This document shows, one piece after another, positions 9,997 through 18,649 of a stretch of DNA of 64,000 bases (the stretch's first letter is position 1; each line of letters starts with the position of its first letter). The DNA lies in assembly GCA_964525395.1 (NCBI GenBank), contig CAZGGU010000002.1, positions 30,263 through 94,262 of the forward strand, read 5' to 3'. The position numbers and the translations under genes are program-made. The notes under the pieces were generated by a model. That model searched no databases and was not told the origin of the DNA. It saw only the letters and a list, made by a program, of their open reading frames with translations. Source of the stretch: an uncultured Gammaproteobacteria bacterium (GTDB lineage Bacteria > Patescibacteriota > Microgenomatia > Levybacterales > UBA12049).

Positions 9997-11349
9997 ATGT
10001 TATCCACAATTGATCAACTTTGGGAAAAAGTACTTGCCGAAATACAAACTGAAGTTTCAGGTGCCAACTTTTTAACACTCTTCAAAAACACCACACTTTT
10101 GTCCCTGGAGGATAAAGTTGCCACTATTTCCGCTCCTAGCCCTATGATAATTGATTTACTTAATAAGCGTTTTTATGAAATTACCAAGAAAGTAATCGAC
10201 AAACACACAGGGGAGGATGTAAAGATTATTTTTGTTCCTAAAGCCATACAAAAACCCAACACTAATCCAGCTGACCATGGCCCGCTTTTTTCTGCCTTAC
10301 AACCAGTAGAAAAACCTATTGGCCACCTGCCAAGAGTGCGCCCTGATTTTATTTTTCAAAATTTCGCTGTTTCGGGATCCAACCAGCTGGCTTTCGTTTC
10401 TGCGAATACTGTGGCTAAAAAATTAGGAACCACATATAATCCTCTGTTTATTTATGGTCCCGTAGGGGTGGGCAAAACCCACTTAATGCATGCTGTGGCC
10501 AACGAAGCATATGCAGATGATCCTAATAGAAAGATTATGTATATAACTAGTGAGGAGTTTACCAATGAGGTAGTTGAGGCAATTAGAACCAACGACACAG
10601 CAAGAATGAAGCGTAGATTTAGGAACTTAGACCTTATCATGATTGATGATATTCAGTTCGTAGCCGGCAAGGAAAGAGTACAAGAAGAACTTTTCCACAC
10701 CTTCAATATCTTGGTGGATAACCAGGCCCAGATTATCCTAACCTCAGACCGCCCACCCTCAGAACTCCGCAAGGTAGAAAAAAGATTAGTATCTCGTTTT
10801 TCTGGAGGGCTCACGGTCGATATTGATTCTCCTGATTATGAGCTGCGTTGCGCCATCCTGCTTACAAAGGCTAAAAAATTTAACTTTGATTTAGATATAG
10901 AGACCGCCAAGATAATTGCATCTAAAACGGAAGATACGAGAGAACTTGAAGGACTGCTTCTTCGAGTTATGTCAGAAGCATCAAGCGAGGAGGGAAACCT
11001 TAGTCCGGATATGGCTAAAAAGGCGCTTTCAGCTAAAAGAGAAACTCCTCGTACTATGTTTCCTGAAGAGGTAATTAAAATCCTTTGCGAGTTCTACGGC
11101 GTAAAGCCTACGGCTCTCAAAGGCGACAAAAGAGACGCCAAACTAGTGCGCGCTAGGCAAACTTGCATGTTTGTTCTTAAAAAAGAGGGGGGACTTACTT
11201 ATGCTGAGATTGGAAACCTTCTGGGAGGCAGGGACCACACTACAGTAATGCATGGAGTGGAAAAGATTGAACTACTTTTGGCTAACGAAAAATATACAGA
11301 AGAAGCCTTGGGAATAAAAGAAGTCCACACTAGGGCTGTGGAAAACTAA
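9997..11349 (+). CDS. dnaA: chromosomal replication initiator protein DnaA
   Basis: Walker A GPVGVGKTHLMHAVANE, Walker B LIMIDDIQF, C-terminal DNA-binding helix-turn-helix; position next to dnaN and rpmH. Confidence 0.95.
   Translation: MLSTIDQLWEKVLAEIQTEVSGANFLTLFKNTTLLSLEDKVATISAPSPMIIDLLNKRFYEITKKVIDKHTGEDVKIIFVPKAIQKPNTNPADHGPLFSALQPVEKPIGHLPRVRPDFIFQNFAVSGSNQLAFVSANTVAKKLGTTYNPLFIYGPVGVGKTHLMHAVANEAYADDPNRKIMYITSEEFTNEVVEAIRTNDTARMKRRFRNLDLIMIDDIQFVAGKERVQEELFHTFNILVDNQAQIILTSDRPPSELRKVEKRLVSRFSGGLTVDIDSPDYELRCAILLTKAKKFNFDLDIETAKIIASKTEDTRELEGLLLRVMSEASSEEGNLSPDMAKKALSAKRETPRTMFPEEVIKILCEFYGVKPTALKGDKRDAKLVRARQTCMFVLKKEGGLTYAEIGNLLGGRDHTTVMHGVEKIELLLANEKYTEEALGIKEVHTRAVEN
10000..10008 (+). 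promoter_or_regulatory. perfect DnaA box TTATCCACA embedded in codons 2-4 of dnaA
   Basis: atgTTATCCACAattgat; exact 9-mer consensus. Confidence 0.55.
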
Positions 11350-11495
11350 AATTATTATGCACAATCTGACTCACTCAAATCTAGGCACATTCCATCCACA
11401 TTACTTTTCCACCAGTTATCCACATAAATCTAGCCACACTTCGTTGCTTTTTTCCACTTTTCCTGGTAACCTACTACAACTACAAATTTATATAT
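11350..11495. other. putative oriC: DnaA-box cluster and AT-rich unwinding stretch between dnaA and dnaN
   Basis: Perfect TTATCCACA at 11416-11424; CCATCCACA at 11392-11400; TTTTCCACT at 11451-11459; tagCCACAc at 11431-11439; AT-rich aaatttatatatatg immediately before dnaN. Confidence 0.6.
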
Positions 11496-12614
11496 ATGTT
11501 TGAAATCACAATTCTCTCTGATAAGTTAAAGTCTGGATTGTCATTTGCTAACCATGCAATTTCTTCTAGATCTCAATTGCCAATTCTCTTGAATTTTCTC
11601 TTACAAACTAAAGACGGAAAACTGGAGATCCATGCAACAGACTTGGAAATAGGAATTATTTATAAGACTCCTGTAAAAATTGATGGAGAAGGGGGAGTAA
11701 CGGTTTCAGCTAAAACATTTCTCGATCTAGTATCTAGCGTAAACAAAGACAAGATATCTCTTAAGAAAGATGTAGATACGCTTTTCTTAACAGCAGAGAA
11801 ATTGAAAACTTCATTTCCAACCATCTCCGCTGCTGATTTCCCCAAACTATATTCTGAGCTAGGTGAAAAAAGAGCAGAGTTTGATAAAGATGCGCTCGAG
11901 AAAGAGTTGTCTAAGATCGTGTTTGCTGCTGCTATGGACGCAGCAAGACCAGAGCTATTAGGAGTTCTTATTAAACAGGAAAAGGGGAGTAAGGGTTTGA
12001 CTTTGGTAGCTACCGATGGATTTAGATTATCACTTAAAAAAGGTTTTGGTGGTGGATCAGTGGCTAGCGAGGAAGCCAGCTTCCTAATACCCGCAAGAGT
12101 TATCAAGGAAGCACTCAGTCTTAAGGATGATAAGCAAAAAATTGAAATTTACACCCCAGAATCTAGTAACCAAGTTATTTTTGATACACCCGAAGCTACA
12201 ATTGTTGGACGCCTGATTGAGGGGACATACCCTAATTACGAGAATATCATCCCTGAAGATTTTGCCACCAAAGTCGAATTTGATCGCGAAGAAGTTTTAA
12301 ACGCAGTAAGGCAATGTTCAATCTTTGCTCGTGAAGCTGCCAATATTATAAAAATGTCCATAATGAGCGATAAGGTCGTTTTTAGTGCATCGGCTTCAGC
12401 GGTTGGGGATAATGAAGTAGAGGTGGAGGCTAAAGTAGATGGGGAAGAAAATCAAATAGCTTTTAATTCTAAGTACCTTATCGATTTTTTAAATAGCATC
12501 ACTGATGAGAGAATTATTTTTCAAATGAATGGACCATTAACCTCTGGCGTATTTAAAATAGTGGGGGATGAATCGTTTTTGCATCTAATAATGCCTATTC
12601 AGATAAAAGATTAA
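11496..12614 (+). CDS. dnaN: DNA polymerase III beta sliding clamp
   Basis: 372 aa, three-domain length; N-terminus MFEITILSDKLKSGLSFANHAISSRSQLPILLNF typical of DnaN; follows dnaA. Confidence 0.9.
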   Translation: MFEITILSDKLKSGLSFANHAISSRSQLPILLNFLLQTKDGKLEIHATDLEIGIIYKTPVKIDGEGGVTVSAKTFLDLVSSVNKDKISLKKDVDTLFLTAEKLKTSFPTISAADFPKLYSELGEKRAEFDKDALEKELSKIVFAAAMDAARPELLGVLIKQEKGSKGLTLVATDGFRLSLKKGFGGGSVASEEASFLIPARVIKEALSLKDDKQKIEIYTPESSNQVIFDTPEATIVGRLIEGTYPNYENIIPEDFATKVEFDREEVLNAVRQCSIFAREAANIIKMSIMSDKVVFSASASAVGDNEVEVEAKVDGEENQIAFNSKYLIDFLNSITDERIIFQMNGPLTSGVFKIVGDESFLHLIMPIQIKD

Positions 12615-13237
12615 TTTGCTTCAGCCGAAGGAGTAGTCGAGAGATTTAGCTCTGGTGCAATATTAACCATAAAACTCTGTTGATTTTGAGGAGCGAAATA
12701 TAATATTTCTCCGACATCTTTTCCATCACTTTTTATACCGACACCTTTAGTTAAGAAAATATCCCAAGGATAACCGTCGTTTAATTCAAATAGAGTCATG
12801 TTCGGTTTTCCATATTCTGACTTGAACTCAGAAACTGTCTTTCTATAATTCCCATAAACATTTTCAGTTGAATAAACAACTAGATTGTTTTTAACAAGAA
12901 TTACATTCTGGTGGGATTCAACTGGTGTTTTATAAAACAGGTAGGTTTTATCTGTAGTTCTTTTTATTTCATTTGCTTTGCCATTTATTTTTTGCGCCTC
13001 AGCAAAATTAGTTTTACCTGGGGTTATTTTATTAATTTGTGAGTATTCTGTTTCAAGCGCCTCTGTAGTAGAAGAATTTAGAGCTGGGGAAGGGGAGGGT
13101 GAATTATTCCCTCCTGGAACAAATGAAGTGCCGCTGACGATTGAAATTACCAATAGAATAAAGGCAATAATTGAGAATATGCCAATTAAAAACATTGTAA
13201 TTATTATTTTTTTGTCTGGTAAATCAAATCCATCCAT
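12611..13237 (-). CDS. membrane-anchored extracytoplasmic protein, last gene of T4SS-like operon
   Basis: N-terminal TM IITMFLIGIFSIIAFILLVISIV followed by SPSPSP linker; stop codon overlaps dnaN stop (convergent, 4 nt). Confidence 0.4.
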   Translation of the reverse strand: MDGFDLPDKKIIITMFLIGIFSIIAFILLVISIVSGTSFVPGGNNSPSPSPALNSSTTEALETEYSQINKITPGKTNFAEAQKINGKANEIKRTTDKTYLFYKTPVESHQNVILVKNNLVVYSTENVYGNYRKTVSEFKSEYGKPNMTLFELNDGYPWDIFLTKGVGIKSDGKDVGEILYFAPQNQQSFMVNIAPELNLSTTPSAEAN

Positions 13238-13953
13238 TATTTAAAAGAATATCCTCCAAATATATTATTTTTCACCCAATTTTCTCCGATAGGGCAGCTT
13301 CTGCTCCCCTGAGAAACAATTTGATCTGCCATAAATTCAGCCATACTCTCATTTGAGCCGCTTATATTTCTACCCAAGCTTCTTGCATAGGATGTGTCAT
13401 ATGTGTAGAAAAAATAAGGCGGAAACAATCCAGAAGCAAAAGTGTAGCAGTTTTTGTCCTTGTTGTATGCTTGAGATTCAAATTGTTGAAAAAGCCTCAT
13501 GTGGCCATTTCTAATAATGTGACCAGATTCATGAACTAGTCTTGCTTTTCTCTCGCTATTGCTTGCACAGCTTAAGCTATAACTTCTCAATGTTAGCGTA
13601 CTTGTTCCATCACCGTTGGATTGAACAGTTGCGGGGCATCCTCCTTCGCCAGTTGATATAAATTCAAGTCTGGTTGGGCCTGAACTCCTCAATAATTGTT
13701 TATATTTGGGAGCAGCTGATGCTTCAAGATATATTTTATAGACATCCTGAAGATATGCTTTAGGAGGATTCCCTTGTACTATTATGTTGAAGTCATCTCT
13801 TAAGCATTTAGCGGGATTGTCTAAGCAGGCTTGTGTGGGTTTTACTCCACTTCCAACAATAAGCCTTAAGACTGACTGATCAGCTGCGCGAGCGCTTGAA
13901 GAACTTATCAATAAAAGAAAAATTGGTAAGAAAATTATTAAGATTTTTTTCAT
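13237..13953 (-). CDS. secreted Cys-rich protein with zinc-metallopeptidase-like HExxH...H motif
   Basis: Signal peptide MKKILIIFLPIFLLLISSSSARA; LVHESGHIIRNGH motif; 4-nt overlaps with both flanking genes. Confidence 0.4.
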   Translation of the reverse strand: MKKILIIFLPIFLLLISSSSARAADQSVLRLIVGSGVKPTQACLDNPAKCLRDDFNIIVQGNPPKAYLQDVYKIYLEASAAPKYKQLLRSSGPTRLEFISTGEGGCPATVQSNGDGTSTLTLRSYSLSCASNSERKARLVHESGHIIRNGHMRLFQQFESQAYNKDKNCYTFASGLFPPYFFYTYDTSYARSLGRNISGSNESMAEFMADQIVSQGSRSCPIGENWVKNNIFGGYSFK

Positions 13954-15950
13954 GATTTACCCTCCTGTGCAGTACAAGCGCTACAAGATCCACTCGGAGA
14001 TCTTACTTCACCTCGTCTTATTATATCCTTGCATGCGCTAGTATTTTTAAATTTATCATAGTAACAAAGACATCTGGCGGTTCCCCAATAGCTAAAGTTT
14101 TTTCCATCCCTGGCCAAGGAGTTGTTATATGACACAGCGTTTTCTACCTGTTTTTGCCAAGTCACGTCTCCGCGGTCATCAGCCTGAGTCCAAATCTTGA
14201 ATGGGTTAGGGAAGCTTCTTCTCATCTGGAACTTTCCCCATGATCCCCCCGCGCCGTTTCGCCCATAACCGTTTGGCGTATTGGTCTCACATTTGGCAAT
14301 CGATTTCCACATGTTTTGATTAGCCACGTTTGCCTCTGTTTGCTCAATTACTCTGTTTAATTTAGCTTCTGAATATGTGCATAACGGATCACCGAAATTG
14401 GTTGCAGAGGACTGGGGAAAATCTTTTTTAAGAGTAGTCATAATTTCCCGATATTTACCGTTGCAGGTGTTATTGCTTGGCCTAGCTGTAGCGCCTTCAA
14501 ACAGTCCGCCATTTTCTCCGGAGGTGCCTCCATCATTGGTAAGTGTCACGCCACTCATGGTCAGAATCATGCTCGTGGCGCCTGTATCAGTTTGCAGGGT
14601 CCCGCTAACTGTAAATTCATAGTGTCTTTTGGTTCCACCTGTGTTTGGCAGGCTCCACTGATAGATAAAATAGGTAGTATCTACGGGAACGCTAATTATT
14701 TTAGGTTTAGGATTGTCTGGTGTTTCAATGTTTGCGAAAAATCTATTACTGATTTGAACATTGGCCTTTAAGTTGCTTGGGTTAGTATCGAGCTTAGCGG
14801 TGTCAACATCGATGATTACTTTTACTGAAACCTTATCGCCTTTACTTCCTGCTGGGCAGTTTACTCTGCAGCCATCTGCTGTAGCAAGATAAGCCTCGCC
14901 CCCCACAAAAGTGACAGAGGTGGGTTTTTCCTGTGGACCCGGTGGCGGCTGTGTGACTTGATCAGGGTTATTGCCACAATAGTTTGCTCCGAAAAAGTCT
15001 CCAATCGGATTATTCACTACGCTACAGCCCAGTATTAGTATAATTATTACTAGTAGAAAAATTGCAAATATTACTCCCACCACAGGTCCCCATATCTCGA
15101 TTGTGGAAAGTAGTGTTCTGGCTACTGCTTTTTTGCCTTGAGACTTCAAAGTCTTTCCTAAAGCTTTTTTGGTTATTCTACCCCTTTTTCTCAGAGCTCT
15201 TCCGGCCGGCCTTGCTTTTGATGGAGCAGTGGACACTTGAGGTGTTGATTGCGGTTCTGGGAGCGGTTCTGGTATGGGTTCAGACCTTCCCCAGTCATCG
15301 AAATTGCTTGGGATGATTTCGGGATCAGGATAGTAGCCAATTTCAGATATAGACGGGGTGGTAGCGCTTGGGGTGGTGGTTGCGTTTTGTTTGGTAGCTT
15401 CTTGCGCACTGTTTTCTTGCTGAGGATTCAAGGAGACTGAAGGAACGCTTGATTCAATTTCGCCCCATTCAGATTTAAGTTGAGCTAAATCCTGCGGAGT
15501 AGTTTCAGAAATTTTTTCCCCAGCTTTTTGCATTTGGTCAAAGCGCGTCTTGGGTTGGGTGGGAGCATTTTCGATCGAAGTATTATTTGGTTTATCTTTT
15601 TTCTCTTCTGCTTCTGGTTTTTTAGGCTCAGGTTTTGGCTTTGGGGCAAAAGGCGCGTCCCATCCCGAAAGCGCATTGCTAAATACATTTCCCCCTGGAG
15701 TTTCTTTAGGCATTTCCTTAATCTCAGGTTTTTCTGGTTCAGGGGCTTGAATTCTTGATGCTAGCCAATCTTGTCGGGCAAGAAGTGTGCCCGGAATGTC
15801 TCTTATTCCTTTAGAGCGTAAAACTGCCTCAAGGTCTACCTGGGAACCACTCAGTGCAATTTCTTTTTCTTGCGGGGTAAGTAGGCTATAAACAAGCTCA
15901 AAACGCCTAGAGTTTCTTAGTCTTTTCTCAGCTGTAGGATCGTTTGCCAT
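13950..15950 (-). CDS. bitopic membrane protein with C-terminal Rpf/transglycosylase-like (lysozyme-like) domain; candidate T4SS cell-wall hydrolase (VirB1/PrgK/TcpG analog)
   Basis: Central TM VVGVIFAIFLLVIIILILG; Pro/Lys-rich linker; C-terminal KCETNTPNGYGRNGAGGSWGKFQM...W...SYWGTARCL resembles Rpf transglycosylase-like domain (CESGGNW..NGYYGGLQF...W...C). Confidence 0.5.
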   Translation of the reverse strand: MANDPTAEKRLRNSRRFELVYSLLTPQEKEIALSGSQVDLEAVLRSKGIRDIPGTLLARQDWLASRIQAPEPEKPEIKEMPKETPGGNVFSNALSGWDAPFAPKPKPEPKKPEAEEKKDKPNNTSIENAPTQPKTRFDQMQKAGEKISETTPQDLAQLKSEWGEIESSVPSVSLNPQQENSAQEATKQNATTTPSATTPSISEIGYYPDPEIIPSNFDDWGRSEPIPEPLPEPQSTPQVSTAPSKARPAGRALRKRGRITKKALGKTLKSQGKKAVARTLLSTIEIWGPVVGVIFAIFLLVIIILILGCSVVNNPIGDFFGANYCGNNPDQVTQPPPGPQEKPTSVTFVGGEAYLATADGCRVNCPAGSKGDKVSVKVIIDVDTAKLDTNPSNLKANVQISNRFFANIETPDNPKPKIISVPVDTTYFIYQWSLPNTGGTKRHYEFTVSGTLQTDTGATSMILTMSGVTLTNDGGTSGENGGLFEGATARPSNNTCNGKYREIMTTLKKDFPQSSATNFGDPLCTYSEAKLNRVIEQTEANVANQNMWKSIAKCETNTPNGYGRNGAGGSWGKFQMRRSFPNPFKIWTQADDRGDVTWQKQVENAVSYNNSLARDGKNFSYWGTARCLCYYDKFKNTSACKDIIRRGEVRSPSGSCSACTAQEGKS

Positions 15951-15953
15951 ATG

Positions 15954-17987
15954 TTAGAAAGTTTTAGTTGCATCATTAATGTTTTGACTAGGTAGAGGTG
16001 ATTCTGGCGCTGATTGAAAGCCAAAATCAACCGGAGCTGATGGTTGATGGGATGCAGGCGGAATGGGTGCAGGTTGGGTTGGGCTTGCAGCCTCAATATT
16101 CAGATTAGGGTTGGTTGTTATTTCTACTTTTTCTTCTTGGGGATGAGATTCGATGGCTGAGCCAAATTGTGATTCCAGTGTATTGTCAGGGCGCTGCTCT
16201 TGTTCTTTAAGTGCTTTTAGTTTGAGAACTTCTTCGGGATTGGAAGTAATAAGTTCATGTTCAAATGGCGCAGCCAAAACCTTCATGGCCACATGACTTT
16301 GGCCAGCGAAGAATAATCCTTCACCGATGTTGGCAGAGAGCAAGAGTTGTTTTTCTTGTTCGGAAAGATAGAAAATATTTGATACCAAATCAATCTGCGT
16401 TGGGCTTTGTTTCAGCAGCATTTGAATAGATGAGTTTGAAAGTACAGCCTTGCCGTAATCATTGGACAAAAAGTCCTGAACATCCTGTGTTGCAGTAGTT
16501 AGAGCAAGGTAATATTTACGAGCTCGCTTAGCAATTCCGTGTACAAAAGAAGCTGAATCTTGATACTTCATTAAATACCATGCCTCATCTAAGACTAGTA
16601 GGCGTTTTTTAAGATCTTTTCTTACCTTGGTCCAAATAAAATCAAGAATGATATGCATTGCCACAGGACGTAGTTGATCTTCAAGTCCTTGCGTTGAGAA
16701 AATAGTCAAAGGATTTTTAATATCAAAGTTAGACTGCTGATTAAATATTCCAGCCATGCTGCCTTTAATAAATTTCTCAAGCCTGAGAGCCAAGTCTCTA
16801 GCAATAGGATCTTCTGTGCCAAGCAAGACCTTGTATAAATCTTCCATAAGGGGTGGTTCTTTAGTTTGCGTTGAAGGATCAGGGGTAATTCCTTTTTGAC
16901 GATAGGTTTCCACTAGCGCGCGGTCAAGAATGGCGTCATGTTGTGCGTCAATGTCTCCCAAAACAATCCTGAGTAGGGCGTGCAGAGACAGGATTTTTAG
17001 TCCTAGTTCGTTTTCCCCCTCTTCGTATCTTCCTGAAAGATCAAAAGGATTAATCTTAATAGGTGAGGCTGGGGTAAACTCTACATATTCTCCTCCCATA
17101 GCTCGCGTAAGCTCTCCATACTCGCCTTCAGGGTCAATAACGATAACCTCTGTACCAAACATAAACTGCCTCATGATTTCTAGCTTGATCAAATAAGATT
17201 TTCCAGATCCTGACTTTCCGAATACTACCTCATTGCCGTTCTCAAGAGAATATCGATCAAAGACTATTAATGAGCCATTGAGTTGATTAATGCCATACAT
17301 GACGCCCTTATCTTGAGTAAGTGTGGCTGATGTGAAGGGAAAGGTGGATGCAAGACTGGTAGTGTCCATATTGCGCGTGAGAAGAAGCTCATCTCGCGCT
17401 AAAGGCACAGTGGATTTAAATCCCTCCTCCATCTGTAATGTTGAAGGTTTAGCGGTCAAGAGAATTGAAGCAAGAAGGGTCTTGAGTCTTTTTCCTGCTT
17501 CTTTTAGTTCTTCTAAATCATCAGCAACGAGTGTTACATAGAGGCTAAATTGGAAAAATCTCTCAATACCTTTGGCAAGCTCCTCTTGAACGGCAAGCGC
17601 ATCTTCGAGAGAGGCTTGAACTGTGGGATCCAAAACTTTTCCATCTTCTTCTTGCTTGGAAAGCGTAGCTTCCATTTCAGCGATTTTTCTTCTTAAGTCT
17701 CCCAAAATATCTCCAGATGACTGAGGATAGCAAAACATGGAGATGTTTAGTGATTGATCAAAATCAATTAAAGGCTCTAGCCAATTCGGCGAAACGTATC
17801 TTGGATATCCAACCACGAAAAATGTTTTAAAATATTTTTCTCCGACGCGAATGTGTCCGAAATCGACCTCTACGGATGGGGGAGCGATAATGTCAGTCAC
17901 ACTGTTCATTCCACGCTCGAAATGCTCAAGTGGTTTATTCGTTTTGGTTGGCATTGGAACAACAGGAGCTTTTTTTCGTCCAAACAT
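15954..17987 (-). CDS. virB4: type IV secretion ATPase VirB4/TrbE/PrgJ family (main body)
   Basis: Walker A FGKSGSGKSYLIK, Walker B LLVLDEAWYL, conserved VirB4 N-domain segment HIRVGEKYFKTFFVVGYPRYVSPNWLEPL. Confidence 0.8.
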   Translation of the reverse strand: MFGRKKAPVVPMPTKTNKPLEHFERGMNSVTDIIAPPSVEVDFGHIRVGEKYFKTFFVVGYPRYVSPNWLEPLIDFDQSLNISMFCYPQSSGDILGDLRRKIAEMEATLSKQEEDGKVLDPTVQASLEDALAVQEELAKGIERFFQFSLYVTLVADDLEELKEAGKRLKTLLASILLTAKPSTLQMEEGFKSTVPLARDELLLTRNMDTTSLASTFPFTSATLTQDKGVMYGINQLNGSLIVFDRYSLENGNEVVFGKSGSGKSYLIKLEIMRQFMFGTEVIVIDPEGEYGELTRAMGGEYVEFTPASPIKINPFDLSGRYEEGENELGLKILSLHALLRIVLGDIDAQHDAILDRALVETYRQKGITPDPSTQTKEPPLMEDLYKVLLGTEDPIARDLALRLEKFIKGSMAGIFNQQSNFDIKNPLTIFSTQGLEDQLRPVAMHIILDFIWTKVRKDLKKRLLVLDEAWYLMKYQDSASFVHGIAKRARKYYLALTTATQDVQDFLSNDYGKAVLSNSSIQMLLKQSPTQIDLVSNIFYLSEQEKQLLLSANIGEGLFFAGQSHVAMKVLAAPFEHELITSNPEEVLKLKALKEQEQRPDNTLESQFGSAIESHPQEEKVEITTNPNLNIEAASPTQPAPIPPASHQPSAPVDFGFQSAPESPLPSQNINDATKTF

Positions 17988-18649
17988 TATTTATTTCCTC
18001 CCTTCACAGTTTTTGCTGATACGTATGGATTATGAATTCCGTCGGTAAGGTTAGAGCGTCCAGCTTCTTCATTGAACGATTCATAGTAAAGCTCAATTAG
18101 CTCCTCTTTCTCTAGAACTTTTGACTTAAGGCCAACGCGCTGAAGTTCTTGCATAAGAGAACGTGCTTTTGAGACAAGCATAGGCTTGGCTTCTTTAGCA
18201 AAATCTTCTTTATTTCTAATATTGGTCACTGCTCCTGCGCCCTTTTCCAGAAAAGAATAGGTAAAAACAAGATAAAATTTCTTATCAAGGACTGTTTCTT
18301 TTTGGATAAGGTTGGCTACAAAATCCTTATAGAGAAGGATGTGTTTGGAAAGTAGGGGATTGTTCGTTTTCTTTGACTCTGCGTCTAGAAGATGAACGTA
18401 GGAGCTAATATCAAGCTTTCTGGAAACAATCAGAATCTGAATTGGGTAAGAAAGTGAATTTAGGAAAGAAGCATACGAGAGAATTTTAACTTGCTGCTCC
18501 TCAGGCGACTGCAAAGCGAAGTTGGTAGCGGTAATTTCTAGAACCATGCATGCCTGATTGCCGGGTAAAACCACTACGCTCTCGAATATGTCCTGAATTT
18601 CAATAAAGCGTTGAGTGGTTGTATTTATTTTTTGGGCAGATTTGCTCAT
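17987..18649 (-). CDS. separately encoded VirB4 N-terminal segment (split virB4), translationally coupled
   Basis: VVVLPGNQACMVLEITATNFALQSPEEQQVKILSYASFLNSL matches the first conserved block of the CagE/TrbE/VirB4 N-domain; stop overlaps next start as TAATG at 17985-17989. Confidence 0.5.
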   Translation of the reverse strand: MSKSAQKINTTTQRFIEIQDIFESVVVLPGNQACMVLEITATNFALQSPEEQQVKILSYASFLNSLSYPIQILIVSRKLDISSYVHLLDAESKKTNNPLLSKHILLYKDFVANLIQKETVLDKKFYLVFTYSFLEKGAGAVTNIRNKEDFAKEAKPMLVSKARSLMQELQRVGLKSKVLEKEELIELYYESFNEEAGRSNLTDGIHNPYVSAKTVKGGNK

